Part shown: positions 1 to 9,378 of the stretch, in pieces
Numbering within the stretch: the first letter of the stretch is position 1
Layout: every line of letters starts with the position of its first letter
Assembly: GCA_050289385.1 (NCBI GenBank)
Contig: JBNKFQ010000225.1
Span: forward strand, 3,601-67,600
DNA length: 64,000 bases
Direction of reading: 5' to 3'
From: Porticoccaceae bacterium
Lineage (GTDB): Bacteria; Pseudomonadota; Gammaproteobacteria; Pseudomonadales; Porticoccaceae
The notes under the pieces: model-generated
What the model was told of the DNA's origin: nothing
Seen by the model: the letters and a program-made list of their open reading frames with translations, nothing else
Databases searched by the model: none
Made by a program: the position numbers and the translations under genes

Positions 1-832
1 TATACCCCGATCGGAAATCAGGAAAAAAGAAACGATAGCCCGACTCACACAACAAGCGATTGCTGCAACGCTTGCCACTCTCTTCAAAAACGTCCGCCTC
101 AGCGACAGGCTCCACCGCCACGCCCAGCTTTTCTGCCAGCCAGCTTCGCACCTGCCATTGCATTACCGGTTCGCAGTCACTGCCAATGTATACAGGCTCA
201 AGCGCCTGCCCATAATTGTGCTTTTCTATCAAATGTTTGAGCACACCAGCGCAATCATTACTGTGTATACGATTTGTCCAGCCAAATGGCTTGCTCACTA
301 CGGCGCCGTTGCGAACTTGTTCTATCAGGTGATTACGCCCCGGCCCATAAATCCCGGAAAACCGAACAATGCAATTTGGTACATCACTGCGCTGAAGCAA
401 CTGCTCGGTTTCCAGCAAAACCCCGCCAGAAAAACCGTCCGGTTCTGTTACCGACGCTTCATCTACCCATTCACCGACTCGCTGCCCGTAAACACTGGTG
501 CTGGAAACAAAAAGCAGGCAGCGCGGTGTTTTGCCGGATATAGCAATTGCCGCCAGCAGGCTATTCATACCGCGATAATAGCTGTCACGATACCCCTGTT
601 CACCGCGCTGGCCAGGAGTGAGCGTCACCACGATATAGTCAAAACCCTGCTGCAATAATGCCGCTATGGCCGCCGTATCAACCACGTCGCCCGCCACCAT
701 GCGCACGCCTTCCGCGCCCACCGCCCGACGCCGCAGCCCGGTGATATCGCAACTGGCAACCGGTAGCTGACTCGCCAAACGGGTCGCGATATCACCACAA
801 CCAACCAGCAGTATTTTTAATCGCCTGTTCAC
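1..832 (-). CDS. SDR-family NAD(P)-dependent oxidoreductase/epimerase-like protein (3' end runs off the window)
   Basis: Absent from the ORF track because the frame stays open to position 1. Hand translation of the minus strand from GTG (830-832) gives VNRRLKILLVGCGDIATRLASQL..., a Rossmann GxGxxA N-terminus, and stays open for ~277 codons. The + strand ORFs 158-658 and 274-543 are antisense shadows. Confidence 0.6.
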   Translation of the reverse strand, partial: MNRRLKILLVGCGDIATRLASQLPVASCDITGLRRRAVGAEGVRMVAGDVVDTAAIAALLQQGFDYIVVTLTPGQRGEQGYRDSYYRGMNSLLAAIAISGKTPRCLLFVSSTSVYGQRVGEWVDEASVTEPDGFSGGVLLETEQLLQRSDVPNCIVRFSGIYGPGRNHLIEQVRNGAVVSKPFGWTNRIHSNDCAGVLKHLIEKHNYGQALEPVYIGSDCEPVMQWQVRSWLAEKLGVAVEPVAEADVFEESGKRCSNRLLCESGYRFFFPDFRSGY

Positions 833-862
833 ATTTAATATGGATTAGCTATTATAAAGACA

Positions 863-979
863 AGTTAACAGTGTACAGCTTACAGTCAACAGTTAAAGAC
901 CGTGTGTTGACTTGTGCTGGTGCGGCGCAAACCCGTCCTCACCGTCCTGCTGTTAACTGTGAACTGTTAACTGTGAATT
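863..979. repeat. Long imperfect inverted repeat with heptad-built arms, in the divergent SDR/oxyR intergenic region
   Basis: Left arm 863-898 is AGTTAAC AGTGTAC AGCTTAC AGTCAAC AGTTAAAG. Right arm 950-979 is c TGTTAAC TGTGAAC TGTTAAC TGTGAAT tt (a 14-nt unit repeated exactly twice). The arms are roughly complementary (~13/16 in the best register). The ~50 nt GC-richer centre contains TTGACT. Confidence 0.7.
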
Positions 980-986
980 TTCCCCT

Positions 987-1907
987 ATGACCTTAACCGA
1001 GCTTCGCTACATCGTAACCCTGGCCAGGGAACGGCACTTCGGCCAGGCCGCCGAACGCTGCCATGTCAGCCAGCCAACACTCAGTATTGCTGTTAAAAAG
1101 CTGGAGCAGGAACTGGGCATAGATCTGTTTGAACGCTCTAAAACCAGTGTGCGTCCTACGCCTGCTGGCGAAAAGGTTATCGCCCAAGCGAATCGTGTGC
1201 TTGAAGAAGCCGCCGCCATCCGAGATATTGCCAGCGAGGGGCGCGACCAGCTCAACACGCCCTTGCATGTCGGCGCCATCTTTACCATTGGCCCCTATCT
1301 GTTCCCCGGCTTTATCCCTCAACTGCAAAAGACTTCACCACAGATGCCGCTAGTGGTTGAAGAGGGTTACACCGCTACCTTGCGCAAGCGCCTGCGCAAT
1401 GGAGAGCTGGACGTTATTATCGTGGCCCTGCCATTTACCGAGCCCGATGTAGTTACCCAACCCCTGTATACAGAACCCTTTGTCGTGCTGTTGCCAGACA
1501 CCCACCCTCTGGCAAGGAAAAAAAGAATAAAAGCCGAGGATCTCGATAACGAAAACGTTCTGTTGTTGGGTGAAGGACACTGCTTTCGCGATCAAGTGCT
1601 GGAAGCTCTACCCAACATTAATCGTCATCTGAACGATGAAAGCATGGGTATACGCACCCATACTGAAGGCAGTTCACTCGAAACCTTGCGCCACATGGTA
1701 GCCACCGGGCTCGGCATCAGCATATTGCCACTGACCGCAGCATTGGGTAGCCAGTCTTATGAAGGCGTACTGGTTACCCGGCCTTTTGCAGCACCAGAAC
1801 CAACTCGGACTGCAGCTCTGGCATGGCGTGCCAGTTTTCCGCGCCACCGCGCCATTGATGCGTTGCGCCAGTCGATCAAACAACGCCAACTGCCGGAGTT
1901 AAGTTGA
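987..1907 (+). CDS. oxyR: LysR-family hydrogen peroxide sensor/regulator OxyR
   Basis: 306 aa. N-terminus MTLTELRYIVTLARERHFGQAAERCHVSQPTLSIAVKKLE closely resembles Pseudomonas OxyR. The GEGHCFRDQV redox-Cys motif is present. Sits immediately upstream of recG, as in pseudomonads. Confidence 0.9.
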   Translation: MTLTELRYIVTLARERHFGQAAERCHVSQPTLSIAVKKLEQELGIDLFERSKTSVRPTPAGEKVIAQANRVLEEAAAIRDIASEGRDQLNTPLHVGAIFTIGPYLFPGFIPQLQKTSPQMPLVVEEGYTATLRKRLRNGELDVIIVALPFTEPDVVTQPLYTEPFVVLLPDTHPLARKKRIKAEDLDNENVLLLGEGHCFRDQVLEALPNINRHLNDESMGIRTHTEGSSLETLRHMVATGLGISILPLTAALGSQSYEGVLVTRPFAAPEPTRTAALAWRASFPRHRAIDALRQSIKQRQLPELS

Positions 1908-4016
1908 GTGACCGTAACTCTGGATTCAATGGCTATTACCAGGCTGCACGGTGTTGGCCCACACCTGGCTGACAAGCTGAAGAAGCTTGGTATCCAGACG
2001 GTGCAAGATGTGCTATTTCATCTGCCGCTGCGCTACATTGATCGCACCCGCATCACGCCTATTGGTGCTTTACAACCACTCAGCGAAGTAGTCATCGAGG
2101 GCGAAGTGCGCGCCGCCGATGTGGTGTTTGGCAAACGTCGCAGCCTGATGTGTCGTGTACAGGACGCCACTGGCACCGTAACCTTGCGATTTTTCCACTT
2201 CTCCAAAGCCCAGCAACAAACCCTGAAACCCGGTCATCGCATTCGCTGCTATGGCGAAATTCGCCGCGGCAGTTCTGGTCTGGAAATTTATCACCCGGAA
2301 TATCAATTGCTGGACGCTACCGCGCCGCCAAAACTGGAAAAAACCCTGACCCCGATCTACCCGGCAACCGAAGGTATCACCCAGCAGCGGTTGCGGTCAT
2401 TGGCGAATCAGGCCCTGGCGCAAATGACGGAAAGCAACCTGCACGAACTGGTGCCCGCCGAATTGGCCATCGAACAGCCCCAAACCCACAAACCCATTAG
2501 TTTGGCTACCGCCTTGCGCTACTTGCACAAGCCACCAGAGCACGCCCCGCTGGACCAGCTCGGCCAAGGCGAACATCCGGCACAGCAACGGCTCGCTTTT
2601 GAAGAATTGCTGACTCATCACCTGAGCCTGCTGCGCCTGCGACAACGCCTGCAGCAACACGGCGCAACCCCGTTAGCGGCTCCGCAAAAATTGCTGCAAT
2701 CATTTTTTCCACAACTGCCATTTCAACTCACCGCGGCCCAGCGCCGGGTCAGCGACGAAATTCGTCACGACCTGGCCCAACCGAAACCAATGTTGCGCTT
2801 GCTGCAAGGTGACGTTGGGTCGGGGAAAACGGTGGTCGCCGCATTGGCGGCCCTCGCTGCCATTGGTTCGGGCAAACAGGTAGCTGTAATGGCGCCCACC
2901 GAAATTCTCGCCGAGCAGCACCGCAACAACTTTGAAGCCTGGCTCAAGCCGTTGGGGATTCGCATCGCCTGGCTTACTGGCAAACTCAAGGGCAAAGGCA
3001 GAGAGGCACAGCTGGCTGTGATTGCCGATGGTAGTGCACAGGTGGTTATTGGCACACATGCTCTGTTTCAGGCCGATGTGATTTTTCAGGACTTGTGCCT
3101 GTCTATTATCGACGAACAGCATCGCTTTGGCGTGCACCAGCGCCTGGCACTGCGCGAGAAAGGCGCATTTGACCAGAACCGGGGTGAACGACAAATGCCC
3201 CACCAGTTGATCATGACCGCCACCCCCATTCCGCGAACGCTGGCCATGAGTGCCTACGCAGATCTCGATTGCTCTGTTATTGACGAACTGCCACCTGGCC
3301 GCACACCCGTCAACACGGTGACCATTGCCAACCACCGCCGCGACGATGTCATTCAGCGCGTGCAAAAAGCCTGTGGCGAAGGTCGGCAGGCCTACTGGGT
3401 TTGCACGCTGATCGAAGAATCGGAAGCACTGGAAGCCCAGGCGGCTGAAGCCACCGCTGATGAACTGCGCTTGATGTTGCCGCAATTGTCCATTGGTTTA
3501 ATACATGGCCGGCTCAAACCCCGGGAGAAAGAACAGGTAATGGCCGAGTTCAAAAACGGCAATATAAACCTGTTGGTGGCTACCACGGTGATTGAGGTCG
3601 GCGTTGATGTACCCAACGCCAGCCTGATGATTATCGAAAACCCGGAACGCCTGGGGTTGGCGCAACTGCATCAACTGCGAGGCCGCGTGGGTCGCGGTTC
3701 GGCGGCCAGCCACTGTGTGCTGCTCTACAGCTCACCCTTGTCCAGGCAAGGTGTGGAGCGTTTAAAAGTAATGCGTGAAACCAGTGACGGTTTCAAAATT
3801 GCCGAAAAGGACTTGCAATTGCGCGGTCCCGGCGAGGTGTTGGGCACTCGTCAAACAGGTGAAATGGATTTGCGTATTGCCGACTTGCAACGCGATGCCC
3901 ATTTGTTGCCACGTGTGCGCAGCAGCGCACAAACCCTGCTAAACACCTATCCTGAACAAGTATCGAGACTCATTGAGCGCTGGTTGCCCAATGGCGAACA
4001 ATACGGGCAAGTCTAG
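1908..4016 (+). CDS. recG: ATP-dependent DNA helicase RecG
   Basis: 702 aa. N-terminal wedge region has LHGVGPHLADKLKKLGIQTVQDVLFHLPLRYIDRT. Helicase motifs GDVGSGKT, DEQHRFG, TATPIPRT and QLHQLRGRVGRG are present. GTG start abuts the oxyR stop. Confidence 0.95.
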   Translation: MTVTLDSMAITRLHGVGPHLADKLKKLGIQTVQDVLFHLPLRYIDRTRITPIGALQPLSEVVIEGEVRAADVVFGKRRSLMCRVQDATGTVTLRFFHFSKAQQQTLKPGHRIRCYGEIRRGSSGLEIYHPEYQLLDATAPPKLEKTLTPIYPATEGITQQRLRSLANQALAQMTESNLHELVPAELAIEQPQTHKPISLATALRYLHKPPEHAPLDQLGQGEHPAQQRLAFEELLTHHLSLLRLRQRLQQHGATPLAAPQKLLQSFFPQLPFQLTAAQRRVSDEIRHDLAQPKPMLRLLQGDVGSGKTVVAALAALAAIGSGKQVAVMAPTEILAEQHRNNFEAWLKPLGIRIAWLTGKLKGKGREAQLAVIADGSAQVVIGTHALFQADVIFQDLCLSIIDEQHRFGVHQRLALREKGAFDQNRGERQMPHQLIMTATPIPRTLAMSAYADLDCSVIDELPPGRTPVNTVTIANHRRDDVIQRVQKACGEGRQAYWVCTLIEESEALEAQAAEATADELRLMLPQLSIGLIHGRLKPREKEQVMAEFKNGNINLLVATTVIEVGVDVPNASLMIIENPERLGLAQLHQLRGRVGRGSAASHCVLLYSSPLSRQGVERLKVMRETSDGFKIAEKDLQLRGPGEVLGTRQTGEMDLRIADLQRDAHLLPRVRSSAQTLLNTYPEQVSRLIERWLPNGEQYGQV

Positions 4017-4052
4017 GAAACAAAAACCGTAACACTGATTTTTTTCGGCACT

Positions 4053-4092
4053 CTGCAAAATTATTACAAATATGTGACAAAAACTCATCAAA
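4053..4092 (+). promoter_or_regulatory. Candidate degenerate Pho-box-like array (four heptads at 11-nt spacing) upstream of DUF47-pit
   Basis: CTGCAAA atta TTACAAA tatg TGACAAA aact CATCAAA. The 7+4 nt periodicity matches Pho box architecture, but the heptads match CTGTCAT poorly. Confidence 0.25.
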
Positions 4093-4124
4093 ACCCTATA
4101 CTCGCGCCCAAATCAGGAGGGCAC

Positions 4125-4802
4125 ATGATAAACAATCCTCTCGCCAATCTGTTTGGCAAGTCCCCCATCAAACCGCTGCAGGAACATATGACCACCGTGG
4201 TTGAATGCGCCGAGCGTCTCAACCCTTTTATGGATGCAGCAATCGCTGGTAACTGGAAAACGGCTTCTGTCATACACGACCAGATCAGCGCGGGAGAACA
4301 CCGTGCCGATGAACTCAAAAAACAGCTTCGATTGCAACTGCCCAAAAGCCTGTTTATGCCTGTATCGCGCTCTGACCTGCTGGAATTATTGTCCATCCAG
4401 GACGCTGTGGCTAACCGGGCAAAAGATATCTCGGGCTTGATGCTGGGCCGGGAAATGGCTATCCCCGCACCGATGCAAGAACAAGTCAAAGTATTTGTGG
4501 CTGCGTCAATTGCCGTCGCACAACAAGCGCTTAAGGCGATTAATGAGCTCGATGAATTGCTGGAAACCGGTTTCGGTGGCGGGGAGATTGATTTCATTGA
4601 ACAACTCATTGAACGTCTTGATGAGCTGGAAGACACCACCGACACGCTAGAAAAAGAGCTGCGCCACAAACTGTTTGGCATTGAGGATGAAATGCCAGCC
4701 GTGAACGTGATGTTTCTGTACCAGATCATCAACAACATCGGAGAGCTCGCCGACCGCGCCGAGCGTGTCGGCGGTCGCTTGCAACTGCTCGTCGCTCGCT
4801 AA
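4125..4802 (+). CDS. DUF47/TIGR00153 PhoU-like phosphate transport accessory protein
   Basis: Start chosen at ATG 4125, preceded by AGGAGG (4116-4121). Helical PhoU-like sequence directly upstream of a PiT transporter, which is the classic DUF47-Pit pair. Confidence 0.85.
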   Translation: MINNPLANLFGKSPIKPLQEHMTTVVECAERLNPFMDAAIAGNWKTASVIHDQISAGEHRADELKKQLRLQLPKSLFMPVSRSDLLELLSIQDAVANRAKDISGLMLGREMAIPAPMQEQVKVFVAASIAVAQQALKAINELDELLETGFGGGEIDFIEQLIERLDELEDTTDTLEKELRHKLFGIEDEMPAVNVMFLYQIINNIGELADRAERVGGRLQLLVAR

Positions 4803-4859
4803 ACAGGCTACTGGATAACCGGCCCTCCCATAACCACATAATAAAAGAGACACACCGGC

Positions 4860-6134
4860 ATGGAATTGTTAACCGAATACAACACTATTCTTCTGGTTCT
4901 GGTCTGCTGTTTTGGATTTTTTATGGCCTGGGGGGTGGGCGCCAACGATGTTGCCAACGCCATGGGTACATCTGTGGGCTCAAAGGCGCTCACAATCAAG
5001 CAAGCCATTCTGGTGGCTATGTTATTTGAGTTTGCTGGCGCCTACCTTGCCGGGGGCGAAGTAACCTCCACCATTCGCAAGGGTATTATTGACGCCAACC
5101 TCTTTACCGATACACCGCAGTACCTCGTGTATGGCATGATGTCGGCGTTGCTTTCTGCTGGCACGTGGTTGCTGATTGCCAGCATTATGGGCTGGCCTGT
5201 TTCTACCACGCACTCTATCGTCGGTGCAATTGTTGGCTTCGCTGCTGTGGGTATTTCTGTCGAAGCGGTGAACTGGGGCAAAGTCTGGAAAATTGTCGCA
5301 AGCTGGGTGGTCTCTCCACTACTGGCTGGCACCATTTCTTTTCTTCTGTTTCGCAGCGTACAGCGACTGATTCTTACCAGCGATAACCCCTTTCTGAAAG
5401 CCAAACGTTACATTCCCCTTTACATGTTCGGTGTGGGCTTTCTGATAGCCATGGTGACATTGCTGAAAGGCCTGAAACATGTATTCAAGGATGTAGGCGT
5501 AAAGCTGAGTTTTGGTGAAAGCGCCCTGATCGCGATTGGCGTGGGCATTGTTGTCGGCACCATTGGTTCTTACTTTCTGCGCAAGGTCAAGCGTAATGAG
5601 CTGGCAGAACAAAGCAATCGCTTTGCCAGTGTAGAGCGCGTGTTTGCCATTCTGATGGTGTTCACCGCCTGCGCTATGGCATTTGCTCACGGTTCCAACG
5701 ACGTTGCCAATGCCGTTGGCCCTCTGGCAGCTGTTGTATCGACGATTAACACCGGTGTCGTTGCCGCCAAGTCCACCATGCCTCACTGGATACTTCTGCT
5801 GGGCGGTGCCGGTATCGTCGTTGGTCTGGCCACTTTCGGCTTCAAGGTCATGGCGACCATTGGTAAAAAAATCACCGAGTTGACGCCAAGCCGCGGCTTT
5901 GCTGCTGAACTGGGAGCGGCCGCTACCGTTGTGCTGGCGTCGGGCATCGGCTTGCCCGTATCTACCACCCATACTTTAGTGGGCGCAGTGCTGGGGGTTG
6001 GACTGGCACGCGGTATCGGTGCTCTCAACCTGCGTGTAATTGGCACCATATTTATATCGTGGATTGTTACTTTGCCCGCTGGCGCCGGGCTGGCGATTCT
6101 GTTTTTCTTCTTTTTTAAAGGTGTGTTTGGCTAG
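4860..6134 (+). CDS. pitA: Inorganic phosphate transporter, PiT family
   Basis: 424 aa polytopic protein. The duplicated PiT signature GANDVANAMGT (N-terminal half) and GSNDVANAVGP (C-terminal half) is present. Confidence 0.9.
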   Translation: MELLTEYNTILLVLVCCFGFFMAWGVGANDVANAMGTSVGSKALTIKQAILVAMLFEFAGAYLAGGEVTSTIRKGIIDANLFTDTPQYLVYGMMSALLSAGTWLLIASIMGWPVSTTHSIVGAIVGFAAVGISVEAVNWGKVWKIVASWVVSPLLAGTISFLLFRSVQRLILTSDNPFLKAKRYIPLYMFGVGFLIAMVTLLKGLKHVFKDVGVKLSFGESALIAIGVGIVVGTIGSYFLRKVKRNELAEQSNRFASVERVFAILMVFTACAMAFAHGSNDVANAVGPLAAVVSTINTGVVAAKSTMPHWILLLGGAGIVVGLATFGFKVMATIGKKITELTPSRGFAAELGAAATVVLASGIGLPVSTTHTLVGAVLGVGLARGIGALNLRVIGTIFISWIVTLPAGAGLAILFFFFFKGVFG

Positions 6135-6140
6135 GAGCTG

Positions 6141-7004
6141 TCATCTGTTTGTCGTCGACAATTTGTTTCCTTGCCTGTCAACAACCACCAGAGCGATGCC
6201 ACCAAGGGTCGCAATACCGGCCAGCAACAGACGAATGGTGACGGGCTCATCAATCAACAGCACACCACCCAGGGCTGCGATTATCGGCACACTGAGCTGA
6301 ACGGTTGCCGCTGAAGTCGCCTTCAGTCCACGCAATGCCGTGTACCAAATCGCATAGCCAGCACCTGACGCCAGTGCACCAGACAAAGTTGCATACCAGA
6401 CACCGGTTGCATCAAATGACACAGTGGCGAATGTTGTTGTACTCAAGATCACAGCAAAGGGCACAGCTCTCAGAAAATTCCCCGCCGTAACACTTGCCGG
6501 ATTATCCGCACCTCTGCCACGCAATGAGTAAATTCCCCATGCGACACCCGATACCAACATAAGCACTGAGCCCTGGAAGGATGGCGCAGACGCACCCGGT
6601 AACAACAGCCCAATGACGCCACCAGACGCCAGAACAAAACCGACAATCTGCCTTAAACGCAGCCGCTCTCCGGTCCATATCCCGTAACCAATCATGGTTA
6701 CCTGTACTGCCCCGAACAACAGTAGCGCGCCGGTGCCCGCCGACAAGTCAATATAAGCAAATGAAAAAGCGGCGGCGTAAGCAAACAATGCCAGGGCAGA
6801 GCCCCAACTGCCAGCAACTTTGCATCGACCATTCATAATTGCGGTAATTAGCCAAAGAGTTAACGCACCGGAAATTATTCGAACAGATGTAAAACTGGCC
6901 GCATCAATCCCGGTAAATTTCAGGGCCATGCGACAAAGCAGTGAGTTACCTGCAAAAGCGATCATCGCCAGGATTGTCAAAATCAAAATCCGCTTATATG
7001 GCAT
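6141..7004 (-). CDS. DMT superfamily (EamA-like) transporter
   Basis: 287 aa with ~10 predicted TM helices and a two-EamA-repeat architecture. Confidence 0.8.
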   Translation of the reverse strand: MPYKRILILTILAMIAFAGNSLLCRMALKFTGIDAASFTSVRIISGALTLWLITAIMNGRCKVAGSWGSALALFAYAAAFSFAYIDLSAGTGALLLFGAVQVTMIGYGIWTGERLRLRQIVGFVLASGGVIGLLLPGASAPSFQGSVLMLVSGVAWGIYSLRGRGADNPASVTAGNFLRAVPFAVILSTTTFATVSFDATGVWYATLSGALASGAGYAIWYTALRGLKATSAATVQLSVPIIAALGGVLLIDEPVTIRLLLAGIATLGGIALVVVDRQGNKLSTTNR

Positions 7005-7183
7005 TATTCTGATGTATTTGTTGGGAGCTGAAATACAGTCTGCGCCAGAATCTGAAGATCTGCAATTCGAATGAATTCAAAAAATGAATGACTTGAGTGA
7101 GCTGACAGTGTTAATTTTAACTCTTTACCAAAAACCACTATGCGCTTTTGGTGCCGCCAGGCAAGGTGTTAAGCTATCAAAAT

Positions 7184-7786
7184 ATGAATCCATCTGATAT
7201 TGGCAAAGCTTATAGTCAAATTACCCACCTTTGGGAAAGCGAAAGCTTTTGCAGAGACAATGGTATTGATCAGCACAAGCGAGCAATAGCTTTTGTAAAA
7301 AACAGAGGCAAGGCCCTTGATGTTGGTTGTGGCTGTACCGGGCGATTTATCGATCTACTCCTGAAGGAAGGATTTTCTCCAGAGGGTGTTGATATTTCGG
7401 AAGCAATGATAACGTTGGCCCGAAAAAGACATCCTGAGATAAATTTTCATCAACAGGACATATGTGAATGGCAAATTTCCGAGACGTACGACTTTATAAC
7501 GGCCTGGGATAGCATTTGGCATGTACCTCTTGATCAGCAAGTGAAAGTGCTGACAAAGCTTGTTTCCTGCCTTAACACAAATGGCATACTGATATTCTCT
7601 TGTGGTGGCACGGACCAGGAAGGCGATCACACAGATGACTGTATGGGGCCGGAAGTTTATTACTCGTCATTAGGTGTCAACGGGTTCCTTAAATTATTGA
7701 TAAGTTTGGGCTGTATATGCAGACACCTTGAGTATGATCAGTACCCGGAACCGCACATGTTTCTTATCGTTCAAAAATCCCGATAA
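7184..7786 (+). CDS. Class I SAM-dependent methyltransferase
   Basis: SAM-binding motif I ALDVGCGCTGRF followed by an acidic loop GVDISEAM. Start placed at the ATG (MNPSDIGKAY); the upstream TTG at 7148 is also possible. Confidence 0.75.
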   Translation: MNPSDIGKAYSQITHLWESESFCRDNGIDQHKRAIAFVKNRGKALDVGCGCTGRFIDLLLKEGFSPEGVDISEAMITLARKRHPEINFHQQDICEWQISETYDFITAWDSIWHVPLDQQVKVLTKLVSCLNTNGILIFSCGGTDQEGDHTDDCMGPEVYYSSLGVNGFLKLLISLGCICRHLEYDQYPEPHMFLIVQKSR

Positions 7787-8380
7787 AGCATTATATGCCC
7801 TGAGGTTCTGCAAACCATTGATTTACAAAGACTGTCGCAAAAATTTCGCGTACATTTCGAGTATATGTCGTTCTCTGCTCGCATCAGATCGACAACACTG
7901 GGCCCACCTCAGACAGCAAGGTTAGAACCATGATTGTAAGGAAATTGCGGTTGATGGCGGCCCGGTAGAACCTCTAATATCTGGCTCAGGTTTCTTTTAT
8001 AATTTATATATTTATCAGGAACCTGATTCGAAAGACCACGAAAAAAGCCTGTAGCTACAGTCCCTACTACAGTCCCTAATTGTAACCCCGCACAAAACAG
8101 CACTCTTCTTCAACACCAGCATCACTATCAACCTGCCCCACAGAGACAGACAACGCCTGTTGGTTCGAAAGATCAATCTTGTCCTGCTTTTCAGGCACTG
8201 ATGTGCTCTCGGCGCGACGCGACAGACACAGTTCCCTATTCCACATAAAACTTCCAGCCATTTATTTACCAGCGGACCCTTAAGCACAACAAATTTTACT
8301 TAATGCTTGTTTACTTTCAACACCCAACACATAACAATAACTTATACATCAAAGAATCGCCCCAACACCACAGGTTTGCC

Positions 8381-9313
8381 ATGAAAGATCCGTTACGTCA
8401 CGCAACATTACGCCAGCTGCAAATATTTAAAACTGCGGCAGAACATCTCAGCTTCGCCCAAACCGCGAGGGAATTACACCTGTCGCAACCGGCTGTCTCC
8501 ATGCAAATGCACCGTTTCGCCGACAGTATCGGTATGGAGTTATTTGAAAAGCGGGGTCGAAAACAACGGTTAACACGTGCTGGCGAGGCACTCTTCCCCT
8601 ATGTCCAGCGTGTCATTCAAACACTGCGTGAAGCCAGCGAAGAACTGGATTCACTGAAAGGCCTTAAACACGGTGAAGTCAAGGTCGCAATGGTGACAAC
8701 GGCTCGCTATTTTGCGCCAAAACTGATAACGCAATTTCGCGAAAAATTTCCCGATATCGACATTGATTTTTCGATTTCAAACCGGGAGAAAGTGATTGAA
8801 AAACTGGAAAATAACCAGGTGGATCTCGCCATCATGGGGCGTCCACCAAAACGCATACCTGTAAAGGCCGAAGAGTTTTCCAGCCATCCCTACGTCATTA
8901 TCGCGTCACCGGAGCACCACCTTGCCGGTAAAAAAAGGCTGTCACCCCAAAAATTGATGGGAGAAGTGTTTCTGGCTCGCGAGCCAGGATCCGGCACTCG
9001 AATGCTGATGGATCATTATCTTAGTGAAAATAAACTGCCCCTCCCCCCGGTTCGAGAGATGACCAGTAACGAGTCCATCAAACAGGCTGTTATGGCAGGA
9101 ATGGGGCTTGCGTTTATCTCAAAGCACACAATAGGCCTTGAATGTCAAACCAACAATCTCAAGATTCTGAATGTGATTGGGCTGCCCATTCTTCGCACAT
9201 GGTATGTGTTGCATTTATCCAGTAAACCAATAAGCCCGGCCACCGAAGCGTTCAAGACATTTATGTGCAAAGAAGCGCCCTTGTCCATAAAGCGCATTTT
9301 CCCTGGAAAGTAA
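8381..9313 (+). CDS. LysR-family transcriptional regulator (CbbR-like)
   Basis: HTH region LRQLQIFKTAAEHLSFAQTARELHLSQPAVSMQMHRF and a LysR substrate-binding domain. Start taken at MKDPLRH. Confidence 0.85.
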   Translation: MKDPLRHATLRQLQIFKTAAEHLSFAQTARELHLSQPAVSMQMHRFADSIGMELFEKRGRKQRLTRAGEALFPYVQRVIQTLREASEELDSLKGLKHGEVKVAMVTTARYFAPKLITQFREKFPDIDIDFSISNREKVIEKLENNQVDLAIMGRPPKRIPVKAEEFSSHPYVIIASPEHHLAGKKRLSPQKLMGEVFLAREPGSGTRMLMDHYLSENKLPLPPVREMTSNESIKQAVMAGMGLAFISKHTIGLECQTNNLKILNVIGLPILRTWYVLHLSSKPISPATEAFKTFMCKEAPLSIKRIFPGK

Positions 9314-9345
9314 GTTCCTGGAAAGTAAGTCCCAGGCAAGTAAAG
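9302..9345 (+). repeat. Three tandem copies of a ~15-nt unit spanning the LysR stop codon
   Basis: CCTGGAAAGTAAGT / TCCTGGAAAGTAAGT / CCCAGGCAAGTAAAG. The first copy carries the TAA stop of the LysR gene. Confidence 0.6.
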
Positions 9346-9378
9346 CAGACTGACCAGGGACGAAGCTGTGCACTGGCT

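Noticed and set aside
158-658. 166-aa and 89-aa + strand ORFs at the window start
   Set aside because: Their composition is odd (rich in Arg/Cys/His with no motifs). They lie antisense to a much longer open minus-strand frame with a Rossmann N-terminus, so they are shadow ORFs.
8076-8261. 61-aa ORF ending ...EEECCFVRGYN as a possible RiPP precursor
   Set aside because: It has no SD sequence, no adjacent modifying enzyme or transporter, and sits among overlapping alternative ORFs in a low-information gap. The evidence is insufficient.
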